A stretch of DNA of 54,255 nt from Actinomycetota bacterium (GCA_010029945.1 RGQW01000001.1:1-54255); one strand, 5' to 3'; counted from the stretch's first letter, positions 9,289 to 18,674 are shown. The notes: generated by a model not told the origin, from the sequence alone. Made by a program: numbers and translations.

Positions 9289-10107
9289 TCAGGCCTCGGA
9301 CAAGACTTCCTTCTCTTCCTGGACGGCCATGCTGCCATCACCGAAGCGCGGGTCCTCACCCTTGGCAGCCAACGCTGCAGCCCGAGCCTGTCGCTTGGAT
9401 TCCGCCAGTGCTTCGCCTTCGGCCGCAACATCCGCATCGATCGGATGGTTATCGATGCTTGTACTGGGATGCCTCGCCGCGATCCACTCATCCAGCTCAG
9501 GGCCCGACTCATAGGACGTGATCAGGCAGTACCTCGGCTCGCTGCCCGGATGCCACACCGCGTGGTAGAAGCTTTGCGTGTCGATGACGACCTGCTGCCC
9601 GGCCGGCATCGGAATGCGCACCTCCGTCGTCGGGTCGTCCTTGTCCGAGCGCAAGATCATGACGGACTCAGCGTCATCGGTGAGGTTGAAGAAGGCGCGC
9701 ACGATCCATCCCGTTCCTTCGGGATTGAGACGGTTGTTGTCGTCTCTGTGCAGGTTGTAGAGGGCTTCGCCATAGGTGTTCGGCTGCAGCTCGATCACGC
9801 GGCAGCGCCCAACGTTGGCTCCGGGTTCGAGCGCGCGCTGGGTGAGGATCGGTGCGATTTCCACGTTCTCGGTGACCCACACGCCGTCCTTGTCTGTCTT
9901 CGGAGGTGTGTGATTCCAGAACCCGTTGCACTCCATGTCGCCGTAGGCGCTGGCAAGGGGCGCGAAACGCGTATCGCCGGAGGACTTCCAATCGACGTAG
10001 ACAAGGTCTTCCCACTCCCGCGGATCGGATGCCTGGTCGTAACTGTCCACGACCACGTATCCGGTTTCCTCCATGACGGGGAGTACTCGGTATCCGTCCT
10101 TCTCCAT
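9289..10107 (-). CDS. hypothetical protein, aspartyl/asparaginyl beta-hydroxylase-like cupin (putative Fe(II)/2-oxoglutarate oxygenase)
   Basis: LHRDDNNRL (HxD) followed by VVIDTQSFYHAVWH. This resembles the AspH/LpxO-family segments PHTGPTNCRL and LIFDDSFEHEVW. Charged Ala-rich C-terminal tail. Start set at the second ATG (10107), which has GGAAGGGAA upstream. Confidence 0.45.
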   Translation of the reverse strand: MEKDGYRVLPVMEETGYVVVDSYDQASDPREWEDLVYVDWKSSGDTRFAPLASAYGDMECNGFWNHTPPKTDKDGVWVTENVEIAPILTQRALEPGANVGRCRVIELQPNTYGEALYNLHRDDNNRLNPEGTGWIVRAFFNLTDDAESVMILRSDKDDPTTEVRIPMPAGQQVVIDTQSFYHAVWHPGSEPRYCLITSYESGPELDEWIAARHPSTSIDNHPIDADVAAEGEALAESKRQARAAALAAKGEDPRFGDGSMAVQEEKEVLSEA

Positions 10108-10209
10108 CGCGTCGTTCCCTTCCATCCGACAGCATGTCCGCCGGACCGGCTACATCCTCGCACCCGATCTCGGCGGACTCGGGGACGCAACCGGGTGTGT
10201 CAGTACGGG

Positions 10210-11001
10210 CTAGATCACACCTTCCCCTGCATACAAGGCGATGGCGACAGAGATGGCGGCGTTCAGGGACTCCACCGAGGCAGCCATGGGAATCCTCGCC
10301 GTCCAGTCGACGGCCTGGAGAAGTTCGGTCGATACGCCGTGGGCCTCTGATCCGACGATCCACACCCAATCGTCTCGGGTGATGCCGCGATCCGCGCCCG
10401 ACGTCACTGCGGCGACCACGTCGACCTGCGCTGCTCCATGGAGTGCTATCGATGTCCGTCCGCGGGCAATAACGTCGATCACCCCGTGTTCTTCCAGGCC
10501 TGTCACCACAGGCAGGCGAAAGATCGACCCAGCACTCGCGCGGACAACCTTGGGGTTCCAGGCGTCCACCGACCCCTCCGTCGTTGCGACGCCGGCCGCC
10601 CCGACCGCCTCCGCCGTTCGAATGATGGTGCCGAGATTTCCCGGATCGGAGATGCGATCACATACGACGATGGGGCCACGCCGCGCGACAACGCTGTCGG
10701 CAGTCGTCGCAGGAAGCGTGCACTGCGCAACGATTCCCTGTGGTGTCGCTGCGTCACCGATCGCAGCCACGACCCGCTGAGTCGCTGCGTGGAAAGGAAT
10801 ACCGAGATCGAGAACTCGATCCATCAGGGGATGGTCCTCGACTCCGACGACTTCGACGACCTCAATCCCCAGACCTGCCTCGAGGGCCGCCGTCACGCAA
10901 TCGGGACCCTCGGCCAGAAACGACCCCGACCGCAGTCGACCTTTGCGTTCGTGAAGACGACGAAGCCGGGCGACGTGCTCGGACCTCGTACTGGTCAGCA
11001 C
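10210..11001 (-). CDS. TrmH/SpoU-family RNA 2'-O-methyltransferase
   Basis: SpoU motifs VVCDRISDPGNLGTIIRTAEA, IVGSEAHGVS and IPMAASVESLNAAISVAIALY. It sits downstream of rplT, as in many Actinobacteria. Confidence 0.85.
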   Translation of the reverse strand: MLTSTRSEHVARLRRLHERKGRLRSGSFLAEGPDCVTAALEAGLGIEVVEVVGVEDHPLMDRVLDLGIPFHAATQRVVAAIGDAATPQGIVAQCTLPATTADSVVARRGPIVVCDRISDPGNLGTIIRTAEAVGAAGVATTEGSVDAWNPKVVRASAGSIFRLPVVTGLEEHGVIDVIARGRTSIALHGAAQVDVVAAVTSGADRGITRDDWVWIVGSEAHGVSTELLQAVDWTARIPMAASVESLNAAISVAIALYAGEGVI

Positions 11002-11044
11002 ACGTCCTCCCGGCTTCGGCAGGTGCTTGATTACGCGCGGTTGG

Positions 11045-11413
11045 TCACGCCGCGGTCGCGGGAAGGGCTCCCTTGGCGACGTCGACGAGAGCTGCGAACG
11101 CGTCTGGATCGTTCACCGCCATTTCGGCGAGCATGCGACGATCCACTTCCACATCCGCGGCCTTCAAGCCTTGAATGAATCGGTTGTACGTCATCCCGTT
11201 GGCGCGAGCCGCCGCATTGATGCGTTGGATCCACAGCCGTCGGAAGTCACCCTTGCGGGTGCGACGGTCGGCGTAGGCGTAGACCATCGAATGGGTGACC
11301 TGCTCCTTGGCCTTGCGGTACAGCCGTGAGCGCTGACCCCGGTACCCCGAGGCCCGCTCGAGAACCTCGCGACGCTTCTTTTGTGCGTTAACCGAACGCT
11401 TGACGCGTGCCAT
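11045..11413 (-). CDS. rplT: 50S ribosomal protein L20
   Basis: [26 protein letters not shown]..., 122 aa. Confidence 0.97.
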   Translation of the reverse strand: MARVKRSVNAQKKRREVLERASGYRGQRSRLYRKAKEQVTHSMVYAYADRRTRKGDFRRLWIQRINAAARANGMTYNRFIQGLKAADVEVDRRMLAEMAVNDPDAFAALVDVAKGALPATAA

Positions 11414-11446
11414 GGCGTCCTCCTAATCCTGGTTGAACGGTGCGCT

Positions 11447-11641
11447 TTAGCGACCGAGGAGCTTGTTGACCTTCTTGGTGTCTGCCTTGGAGACGGGATC
11501 GTCGGCCATCAGCCGACGGGTGCGCTTGCTGGACTTGCTCTCCAGCAGGTGTCGCCGGTTGGCCTGCTCGTGGGTGAGCTTGCCGGATCCGGTGACCTTG
11601 AATCGCTTCTTGGCACCGCTGTGCGTCTTCTGCTTGGGCAT
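11447..11641 (-). CDS. rpmI: 50S ribosomal protein L35
   Basis: [22 protein letters not shown]..., 64 aa. GAAGGAGGAGGG is directly upstream. Confidence 0.97.
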   Translation of the reverse strand: MPKQKTHSGAKKRFKVTGSGKLTHEQANRRHLLESKSSKRTRRLMADDPVSKADTKKVNKLLGR

Positions 11642-11741
11642 GAGGCCCTCCTCCTTCTTCGCGAGCCTGCTGGTGACTCGTTGCCTTCTTCTTGACTTAG
11701 GTCTGTTCTTGTCGGTCTTTGCTCGTTGGTCCGTTGACGCT

Positions 11742-12320
11742 CTAGGCGTCTACGTCCACGTCGTCATCGACCTCCGACTCGGCTTTCGCTTTGCGCGATG
11801 CATCCGACTTCCGCCTGTGTGGCGCGAGAACCATCAGCATGTTTCGACCATCCTGCTTGGGATTGGCCTCCACGTACCCCAACTCCTCCACGTCCTCGGC
11901 GAGACGGGCAAGCAGTCGAAGCCCCAACTCCGGTCGACTCTGCTCCCGACCGCGGAACATGATGGTGATCTTGACCTTGTCGCCTGCCTTGAGGAAGCGC
12001 TCCACGTGACCCTTCTTGGTCTCGTAGTCGTGCTGGTCGATCTTGGGTCGAAGCTTCATCTCCTTGATGATGGTGTGCGTCTGGTTCTTGCGGGATTCGC
12101 GTTCCTTCAGTGCTGCCTCGTACTTGAACTTGCCGAAGTCCATCAACTTGCACACCGGTGGCTTTGCCATGGGTGCCACTTCGACGAGATCAAGATCGGC
12201 TTCCACTGCGAGACGGAGGGCGTCTTCGATGCGAACGATGCCCACCTGCTCACCGTTGGGTCCGACAAGGCGAACCTCGGGTACGCGGATCCGGTCGTTA
12301 ATGCGTGTTTCGACGCTGAT
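11742..12320 (-). CDS. infC: translation initiation factor IF-3, probable non-canonical ATC start
   Basis: [29 protein letters not shown] is a canonical IF-3 N-terminus. AAGGAGG lies 5 nt upstream of the in-frame ATC at 12320. The in-frame ATG at 12338 and the longest-ORF start at 12377 have no Shine-Dalgarno. Confidence 0.9.
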   Translation of the reverse strand: MSVETRINDRIRVPEVRLVGPNGEQVGIVRIEDALRLAVEADLDLVEVAPMAKPPVCKLMDFGKFKYEAALKERESRKNQTHTIIKEMKLRPKIDQHDYETKKGHVERFLKAGDKVKITIMFRGREQSRPELGLRLLARLAEDVEELGYVEANPKQDGRNMLMVLAPHRRKSDASRKAKAESEVDDDVDVDA

Positions 12321-12395
12321 AGCGCCTCCTTGCGTCATTCGTCGGGCTGCTGCGCCGGTTGGCGAAGCCGTCACCACCGCGCGGAGACGACGAAA

Positions 12396-12419
12396 CCTCC
12401 GCTGCAGCGCAGACGGAGG
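12396..12419 (-). promoter_or_regulatory. stable hairpin in the infC 5' leader (possible attenuator or autoregulatory structure)
   Basis: The minus strand reads CCUCCG-U-CUGC-GCU-GCAG-CGGAGG (10 bp, one bulge) followed by UUUCG. It lies about 75 nt upstream of the ATC start. Confidence 0.3.
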
Positions 12420-12554
12420 CCCGGTGAACCGTCGGTGGGCAAAAAGCCACCGATGGTGGGACCCGATCGACCAGAAGTCGTCAGGTGGGAGACGGGCTCC
12501 GCTTGCGCGATCCTGGGCTAGGCCCCGAATCGTGGAGATGAAAGAGTATCAGCC

Positions 12555-12959
12555 GTGCCCGATCGCGCCTCCGCCTCCTCGAATGACGTACCGCCCGAGC
12601 AGGCGTCCCCTGAGGAGATATCCGCAGGGCCGGCGGCCGGCCTGGATATAGCCGATGTTCCCGCCGTGGAGGTCGTACTCACGGTTGCCATGCACCTGAT
12701 GACCGCATCCGCCGTCGCCTGCGGTCTGGCAACCAACGACGACGGCTCCCCACGGGAGGCAGATCTGGCCGAGGCACGGGTTCTGATCAATGCTTTGGCC
12801 GCATTGGTCACCGCGAGCGCACCGGATCTCGGTTCTATGCACGCCGCGCCGCTGCGAGACGGGCTCACCGCCGTGCAACGCGCGTTCCGTGAGGCTTCGT
12901 CGATTCCCGATCCTCCCGGTGAAGGTCCCGGTGAACGGTGGACGGGCCCGATCACGTAA
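12555..12959 (+). CDS. conserved actinobacterial protein, DUF1844-like
   Basis: 134 aa, GTG start with GGAGATGAAAGAG upstream, divergent from infC. The call rests on its position and overall resemblance to the DUF1844 proteins found next to infC. No catalytic motif seen. Confidence 0.45.
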   Translation: MPDRASASSNDVPPEQASPEEISAGPAAGLDIADVPAVEVVLTVAMHLMTASAVACGLATNDDGSPREADLAEARVLINALAALVTASAPDLGSMHAAPLRDGLTAVQRAFREASSIPDPPGEGPGERWTGPIT

Positions 12960-12993
12960 TCGCATCACCGTGCCCGAACCGCATCACCGCTCG

Positions 12994-13707
12994 CTACTCA
13001 TCCGCGGTGACAATCTCAATGCCCGCCGGCACCAGGGCGAGAACCCGAGCCGGGATGGACCTCGCGTACTCATCTGCTCTCTGTGCGGCAAGCGTGACGC
13101 GGACGGTCCCCGATGACGCATCGACGGACACGTCCGGCATCGACGCCTCCCCCGATGCTGACGCCCATGCCTCGTTAAGTAATGCGGCCGCGTGATCGAG
13201 CGGGTCCCGGTTCGCCAGTTCCACAAGATCGGGTTCGGCCACGACCGCCGATGACGGTCCCGCAACATCGATCACCACGGCTTCGCATCCGTCATCCAAC
13301 GCCGCCTGGGCCACCTCCGGGCCCGATACAGGCACTGGCCGGGCGTGCGGATTCCATCGATGCATCGCGTCCAGACCGGTGAACGCCAACAGGCCCCGTC
13401 GTCCATCGGCCGCAACCATCGACACCACAGACATCTGCGATCCGCCAGCATCACCAGATTCGCCGGTGTCCGCAGGGCTCGCCACGATGGCAACGATCAA
13501 TCGCCCTGCTCGCACGGCATCCCGCAGCCGCTTGGGGTCGACGGGTGCGGACAGCGCAGCACAGATGTCTGGGTCGGAAGAACCGTCGTCGGCGGTGAAC
13601 CGGCCGGGAGAAACCAAACGTCGACCGTCACCTGGCTCATTCATCGTCGCGGCAGGCTCGGGCTGATTCGTCGTCGCCGTAGGCTCGAGTCGATCCCCGT
13701 GCTCCAC
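12994..13707 (-). CDS. hypothetical protein, SseB-like
   Basis: 237-aa ORF with coding-like composition, convergent with the DUF1844-like gene. The family call comes from neighbourhood memory and general resemblance only. The true start may be the internal ATG near 13644. Confidence 0.35.
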   Translation of the reverse strand: MEHGDRLEPTATTNQPEPAATMNEPGDGRRLVSPGRFTADDGSSDPDICAALSAPVDPKRLRDAVRAGRLIVAIVASPADTGESGDAGGSQMSVVSMVAADGRRGLLAFTGLDAMHRWNPHARPVPVSGPEVAQAALDDGCEAVVIDVAGPSSAVVAEPDLVELANRDPLDHAAALLNEAWASASGEASMPDVSVDASSGTVRVTLAAQRADEYARSIPARVLALVPAGIEIVTADE

Positions 13708-13736
13708 GTCGGCAGCCTAAGCGGCACAATCCGTCG

Positions 13737-14936
13737 GTGCCTTCGAACCCTGTCACGGGTGCCGCCCCCGCCACCCGCTCCACCGCGGCGATCCTCGCTG
13801 TGGTGGTCCTCGTCGCCGTCAACCTTCGACTCGCCCTCTCCAGTCTTCCGGCGGTCGCGACGCTTATCCAGGACGAGACCGGCTGGAGCGACGCCTTCAT
13901 CGGTGCACTGACGACCGTTCCGGTTTTGGGCATGGGAGTCTTCGCGCTCGGTGTGCCGCGGCTGGCGGGCCGGATCGGCAGGAGAAGTGCGGTAAGCCTG
14001 GCCCTGGTGGCGATGGCCGCCGGCTTGATGCTCCGGTTGGCCGGAGCAGTTGCCGTCACGTTGCTGCTGTCGGCCATGCTCGCGGGCTTATCCATCGCGA
14101 TTCTTGGTGGCTTGGTTCCCGGGATCGTGCGCGAACGGTTAGCGCATTCGATGGGCTTGGCTACCTCCCTGTGGACCGCGGCCATGATGGGTGGAGCTGC
14201 TCTCGGCGCAGCATTGACCTTGCCGTTGGCGGATCTGACCGGCGGATGGAATCGAGCGCTGGCGTTCTGGGCGCTGCCAGCCGTCGCCGCGCTCGTGGGC
14301 TGGCTGTGGTTGGAGCGCGACCAACCAGCGCGCGTGGCCACCGTTGCCATCGTCCGGTTGCGGGATCTGCCGTGGAGAGATTCGACCGCGTGGGCGTTGA
14401 CCGCGTTCATGAGCGTGAACTCCATCGTTTTCTACAGCATGTTGGCGTGGACGGCCCCCTCCTATGCCGAGCGTGGCTACACGCCGGAAACAGCCGGACT
14501 GTTCTTCGGCATCTTCACGGGCTCGGGAATCATCGCTGCGCTCACCTTGCCGGCGTGGTCTCATCGAACCCAGCGGCGTCGCTCCCTGTTCACCGCCACG
14601 GTTGTGGGCTGCTCGGCGAGCCTGGTCGCTATTGCCCTGGTTCCGACATTCGCTCCCCCGTTGATTCTCGTGGCTTTGTCTTTCACGCTCAGTGGTGGCT
14701 TCGCCATGTCGCTCGGCCTGCTCAGCGAGTATGCGGCGGATGCGGCGGGCTCCGCCCGGCTGACCGCGATGGCGTTCACGATTACGTACACGTCCGCAGC
14801 CTTCAGCCCCTTCGTGATGGGCGCCATCATGGACGCCGTGGACTCGTGGACCCTGGTGTTCTCTCTCCTCGCGGGCATCACCTTGCTGCAACTGCCGGCA
14901 GTGTTCTTCCTTCGTCGCGGTCGCCTCGTGCAGTAG
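13737..14936 (+). CDS. MFS transporter (CynX-like)
   Basis: 399 aa, with hydrophobic segments throughout consistent with about 12 TM helices and short basic loops (GRIGRR). Start uncertain. Confidence 0.6.
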   Translation: MPSNPVTGAAPATRSTAAILAVVVLVAVNLRLALSSLPAVATLIQDETGWSDAFIGALTTVPVLGMGVFALGVPRLAGRIGRRSAVSLALVAMAAGLMLRLAGAVAVTLLLSAMLAGLSIAILGGLVPGIVRERLAHSMGLATSLWTAAMMGGAALGAALTLPLADLTGGWNRALAFWALPAVAALVGWLWLERDQPARVATVAIVRLRDLPWRDSTAWALTAFMSVNSIVFYSMLAWTAPSYAERGYTPETAGLFFGIFTGSGIIAALTLPAWSHRTQRRRSLFTATVVGCSASLVAIALVPTFAPPLILVALSFTLSGGFAMSLGLLSEYAADAAGSARLTAMAFTITYTSAAFSPFVMGAIMDAVDSWTLVFSLLAGITLLQLPAVFFLRRGRLVQ

Positions 14937-14985
14937 CTCGAGCACTCGCTCGACCAATCGTTATACCGACACCTGACTTTGTGTG

Positions 14986-15031
14986 CGTGAATCTGGACGC
15001 GCGATTGTCTACACGTGATTCTGTACGCGCG
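14986..15031. repeat. two 18-nt imperfect direct repeats (16 of 18 identical), 28-nt period, in a convergent intergenic region
   Basis: CGTGAATCTGGACGCGCG at 14986-15003 and CGTGATTCTGTACGCGCG at 15014-15031, between the MFS stop and the hisG stop. The region is locally AT-richer. Confidence 0.6.
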
Positions 15032-15049
15032 TAGCCGCGCTGATCGCCG

Positions 15050-15907
15050 CTAGAGGCGGCACGCGTGAATGTCGGTCACCAGGATGCCCCGGGCGCCCAA
15101 CTCGTACAGCTCGTCCATGACTGTGTGCGCATCAACCGACGGAACCATCGCCCGAACAGCCGACCACGATTGGTCATGCAGCGGGGATACCGTCGGTGAC
15201 TCGATTCCCGGTGTCACTGCACACGCTTGCTCCAGACGATCATTGGGAATGTCATAGTCCACCAGCACGTAGGAACGCGCGACCATCACTCCGTGCAAGC
15301 GTCGAAGAAAGGTTTGCACACTTGGAGCGTCGTTGGACTCATCCGCATTGCGGGACACCACGATCGCCTCGGATTCAATGAGCGGTTCACCGATGATCTC
15401 CAGTCCGGCACGTCGAAGCGTCGTTCCCGTGGCCACGACATCGGCGACGGCATCCGCAACACCCAGGGCGACGGCGTTCTCCACCGCTCCATCGAGACGA
15501 ACAACGGTGGCGTCGATCGACTTGTCCGCGAGCCACGTCGTCAGGAGTCCGGCATACGAGGTGGCGATGCGCGTGCCCTGGAGATCTTCGATGGTGGTGG
15601 CGGTTTCCCGAGGGGCTGCCAGCCGGAAAGACGATGGAGCGAAACCCAGGGCGACTCGCTCCACAGCCTCGGCGGCGGAGTCCAACAGCATGTCGCGTCC
15701 GGTGATGCCAAGGTCGAGAGTGCCCTCCCCGACGTAGATCGCCACGTCCTTGGGGCGCAGGAAGAAGAACTCGACATCGTTTTGTGGATCGTGCACGACG
15801 AGGTCGTGCACTCCAGCGTTGTGTAAGTACCCCGCTTCGATCAGCATGGCTCGGGCAGGCTCGGCTAATTGCCCTTTGTTCGGCACTGCTACTCGCAGGC
15901 TTGCCAT
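15050..15907 (-). CDS. hisG: ATP phosphoribosyltransferase (long form)
   Basis: [18 protein letters not shown]... with HisG-like sequence throughout. Start trimmed to the ATG at 15907, which overlaps the hisE stop (TGATG). Confidence 0.92.
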   Translation of the reverse strand: MASLRVAVPNKGQLAEPARAMLIEAGYLHNAGVHDLVVHDPQNDVEFFFLRPKDVAIYVGEGTLDLGITGRDMLLDSAAEAVERVALGFAPSSFRLAAPRETATTIEDLQGTRIATSYAGLLTTWLADKSIDATVVRLDGAVENAVALGVADAVADVVATGTTLRRAGLEIIGEPLIESEAIVVSRNADESNDAPSVQTFLRRLHGVMVARSYVLVDYDIPNDRLEQACAVTPGIESPTVSPLHDQSWSAVRAMVPSVDAHTVMDELYELGARGILVTDIHACRL

Positions 15908-16170
15908 CACAACCTCCGGTACACGTCGTCGAGGCTTACGTCGGCGGCCAACATCATCACCTGCAGGTGATACAAAAGTTGCGCAATTTCCTCGGCCGTT
16001 CGTTCCGAGCCTTCGTGCTCGGCCGCCATCCACACCTCGGCGGCCTCTTCGACGACCTTCTTGCCGACGGCATGGACTCCGCCCGAGAGAAGGCGTACGG
16101 TTCCGGACTCAGGGTCCGAGGTTGCTGCCTTAGCACGCAACTCGGTGTACAACTCGTCGAAGGTCTTCAC
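15907..16170 (-). CDS. hisE: phosphoribosyl-ATP pyrophosphatase
   Basis: The 87-aa product [15 protein letters not shown]...[15 protein letters not shown] is typical HisE. GTG start at 16170; the longer ORF is an upstream over-extension. Confidence 0.88.
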   Translation of the reverse strand: MKTFDELYTELRAKAATSDPESGTVRLLSGGVHAVGKKVVEEAAEVWMAAEHEGSERTAEEIAQLLYHLQVMMLAADVSLDDVYRRL

Positions 16171-16249
16171 GAAGGCAAGCCTAGGCGTTGCATGCGTTTG
16201 CGTTATCCGTGCACCGTGGAACGGGCGTCGATGACCAGCGTCCGCGCCG

Positions 16250-16735
16250 TCATCCCGCCTGGATGTCGCGGATCGTGCGAGCGGCTCGCAGCGCACTGAC
16301 CATGGCCTCCGCGCCCTTATCCTCACGAGACCCGTCGAGGCCGGCACGGTCGAGTGCTTGCTCCTCGGTGTCACATGTCAGCAGCCCGAAGCCGACGGCG
16401 ATGCCGTGGTCGAGAGCCACCCGGGTAAGCCCGTCGGTCGCTGCCGAACACACGTAGTCGAAGTGCGGGGTCCCACCACGAATCACCACTCCCAACGCCA
16501 CGACAGCGTCGAAGCGACCGCTGGCCGCAGCGTGATGGGCGAGGACGGGAAGCTCGAAGGAACCCGGGGCAACAAACTCGCTGCTCATCACTCCGGCACG
16601 GTCGGCGACTCTGGCGGCTCCTGCTCGCAACCCATCGACTACCCGGGTGTGCCAGGACGCCGACACCACGGCTACGCGCATGCCCGACCAGGCCGGGTCC
16701 ACCTCTGCCAGATCGGGAGATCCCTGTCCACTCAT
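16250..16735 (-). CDS. ribH: 6,7-dimethyl-8-ribityllumazine synthase
   Basis: 161 aa. [11 protein letters not shown]...[16 protein letters not shown] is typical of lumazine synthase. ATGA overlap with ribBA. Confidence 0.93.
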   Translation of the reverse strand: MSGQGSPDLAEVDPAWSGMRVAVVSASWHTRVVDGLRAGAARVADRAGVMSSEFVAPGSFELPVLAHHAAASGRFDAVVALGVVIRGGTPHFDYVCSAATDGLTRVALDHGIAVGFGLLTCDTEEQALDRAGLDGSREDKGAEAMVSALRAARTIRDIQAG

Positions 16736-18090
16736 ACCGAACTCGAGGTGTCGTCGCCGGGTTGCGCCGTGCTGTCCGAGGAATCGGGCGAGTACGCGTG
16801 ACCCATGCGGGTGGCCTTCGTTCCCAGGTAATCAACGTTGTGCTCGTTGGCGTCGATCACGAGCGGAACTCGCTCGACGACGGAGAGCCCGTAGCCCTCA
16901 AGACCTGCACGCTTCGCCGGATTGTTCGTCAGCAGTCGCATGGAGCGGATTCCGAGATCGACGAGAATCTGCGCCCCGGTTCCGTAGTCGCGCGCGTCCA
17001 CCGGTAGCCCCAATTCGATATTGGCATCGACGGTGTCTCGCCCCGCGTCCTGCAGCGCGTATGCCCGCAATTTGTCGAGCAAGCCGATGCCGCGGCCTTC
17101 GTGCCCTCGCACGTACAGCACGACGCCTCGACCCTCGGCGCCCACCTGTCGCAGGGCGGCGTGCAACTGCGGTCCGCAGTCACATCTGCGCGACCCGAAA
17201 ACGTCTCCGGTCAGACACTCGGAATGGACTCGGGTGAGGACCTCGGCTCCATCCCCGATGTCCCCGGTGACCAGCGCAACGTGTTCACTGCCGTCGATAT
17301 CGCTGCGGTACGCCACCGCGCGGAAGTCCCCGTATTCGGTCGGAAGTGGGATTTCCACGACCCGGACCACGTGTGATTCGCTGCGACGCCGAAAACGGAT
17401 GATGTCCGCGATCGACACCAGGGCCAACTGATGTTCGTCACAGAAGTCGCGACACTGCGCAGCGTTCATCATCGTGCCGTCGTCGTTGACCATTTCGCAC
17501 AACGCGCCCGCAGGGTGCAGTCCGGCCATGCGGGTGAGGTCCACCGCAGCCTCCGTGTGACCTGCACGGCGGAGCACTCCCCCTTCGACAGCCCGTAGGG
17601 GAACGACGTGGCCCGGGCGTGAGAGTTCCCACGCTTCGGTCGCAGAATCTGCCAGGACCTTGATCGTTCGAGCCCTGTCCTTCGCCGAGATGCCGGTCGA
17701 CTCGATGTCTTTTGAGTCCACGGTGACGGCGTAGGCGGTTCCCCGTCGGTCTTCATTGACCCGAGCCATCGGCGGTAGGTCGAGTCGATCCAAATCGTGC
17801 GCGGTCATTCCTACGCAGATGTATCCCGACGTGTACCGGATCATGAAAGCCGTGAGTTCCGCGGTGGCCAGACCGGCGGCGAAGATCATGTCCCCTTCGT
17901 TTTCGCGATTCTCGTCGTCGATGACCACGATCGGTCGCCCTGCGCGTAGTTGCTCGAGCGCTTGCTCGACGGAATTGAGGGCAACACCGCTCGGTTCACT
18001 CGGCGGGGAGGCGGCGAGCCCCGGGACGGGGTCGGAGGCAAGGTTCCCTGCCTCTTGCTGAACTCCGAACAGCTCATCGGCGGGAATCAC
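16732..18090 (-). CDS. ribBA: bifunctional 3,4-dihydroxy-2-butanone-4-phosphate synthase / GTP cyclohydrolase II
   Basis: DHBP synthase motif [10 protein letters not shown] and GCH II motif [22 protein letters not shown]. 452 aa. 4-nt overlap with ribE. Confidence 0.93.
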   Translation of the reverse strand: MIPADELFGVQQEAGNLASDPVPGLAASPPSEPSGVALNSVEQALEQLRAGRPIVVIDDENRENEGDMIFAAGLATAELTAFMIRYTSGYICVGMTAHDLDRLDLPPMARVNEDRRGTAYAVTVDSKDIESTGISAKDRARTIKVLADSATEAWELSRPGHVVPLRAVEGGVLRRAGHTEAAVDLTRMAGLHPAGALCEMVNDDGTMMNAAQCRDFCDEHQLALVSIADIIRFRRRSESHVVRVVEIPLPTEYGDFRAVAYRSDIDGSEHVALVTGDIGDGAEVLTRVHSECLTGDVFGSRRCDCGPQLHAALRQVGAEGRGVVLYVRGHEGRGIGLLDKLRAYALQDAGRDTVDANIELGLPVDARDYGTGAQILVDLGIRSMRLLTNNPAKRAGLEGYGLSVVERVPLVIDANEHNVDYLGTKATRMGHAYSPDSSDSTAQPGDDTSSSV

Positions 18091-18674
18091 GACTTCACCA
18101 ACTTCTCGACGTACTTCGCGATGACGTCCACCTCGATATTCACGTCATCGTTCACGTTCCGGTCCCCCAGCGTGGTCTCCGAGAGCGTGGTCGGGATGAG
18201 GGATACCGAGAACTCGCCCTCGTGAACGCTCGCGACCGTTAAGGATACGCCGTCCACGGCAACCGAGCCCTTCTCCACCAGATACCTGTCCATGTCCGCC
18301 GGCGTTGCGAAGGTCATCACGGTCCAATCGTCGGAGACCTCGATGGCGGTCACCCGGGCCGTGCCGTCGATGTGCCCCTGGACGATGTGCCCACCGAGTC
18401 GACCGTCGACACGCGCCGCACGTTCGAGGTTGACACGACTACCCGGAGTCAAGCCTCGAAGCGACGTCCGGTTCAGCGTTTCCAACATGACGTCCGCAAC
18501 GAACCCGGCATCGTCCTGACCTGCAACGGTGAGGCAGACCCCGTTGACGCTCACCGAGTCGCCGTGATCGGCACCATCGATGATCGGCGAGTCAATTCTG
18601 AGCCGCATCGATTCTCCGCGATCGTCGATGTCCCGCACGGTTCCGACGTCCTCGATGATTCCGGTAAACATCAA
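18087..18674 (-). CDS. ribE: riboflavin synthase
   Basis: [12 protein letters not shown]... with the internal duplication [12 protein letters not shown] / [12 protein letters not shown]. Confidence 0.93.
   Translation of the reverse strand: MMFTGIIEDVGTVRDIDDRGESMRLRIDSPIIDGADHGDSVSVNGVCLTVAGQDDAGFVADVMLETLNRTSLRGLTPGSRVNLERAARVDGRLGGHIVQGHIDGTARVTAIEVSDDWTVMTFATPADMDRYLVEKGSVAVDGVSLTVASVHEGEFSVSLIPTTLSETTLGDRNVNDDVNIEVDVIAKYVEKLVKS

Noticed and set aside
11463-12521. 352-aa plus-strand ORF spanning rpmI, the intergenic region and infC
   Set aside because: It lies antisense to two highly conserved genes and crosses their intergenic spacer. The Leu/Arg-rich translation has no homology signal.
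12960-12993. 10-nt direct repeat CGCATCACCG x2 between the DUF1844-like and SseB-like stops
   Set aside because: It is very short, has only two copies and forms no hairpin. It is compatible with chance, and too weak to report as a finding.
13637-14957. Two minus-strand ORFs (262 aa and 272 aa) overlapping the MFS transporter gene
   Set aside because: The plus-strand frame gives a coherent multi-helix membrane protein. The minus-strand translations are Arg/Ala/Gly-rich with no structure-like pattern.
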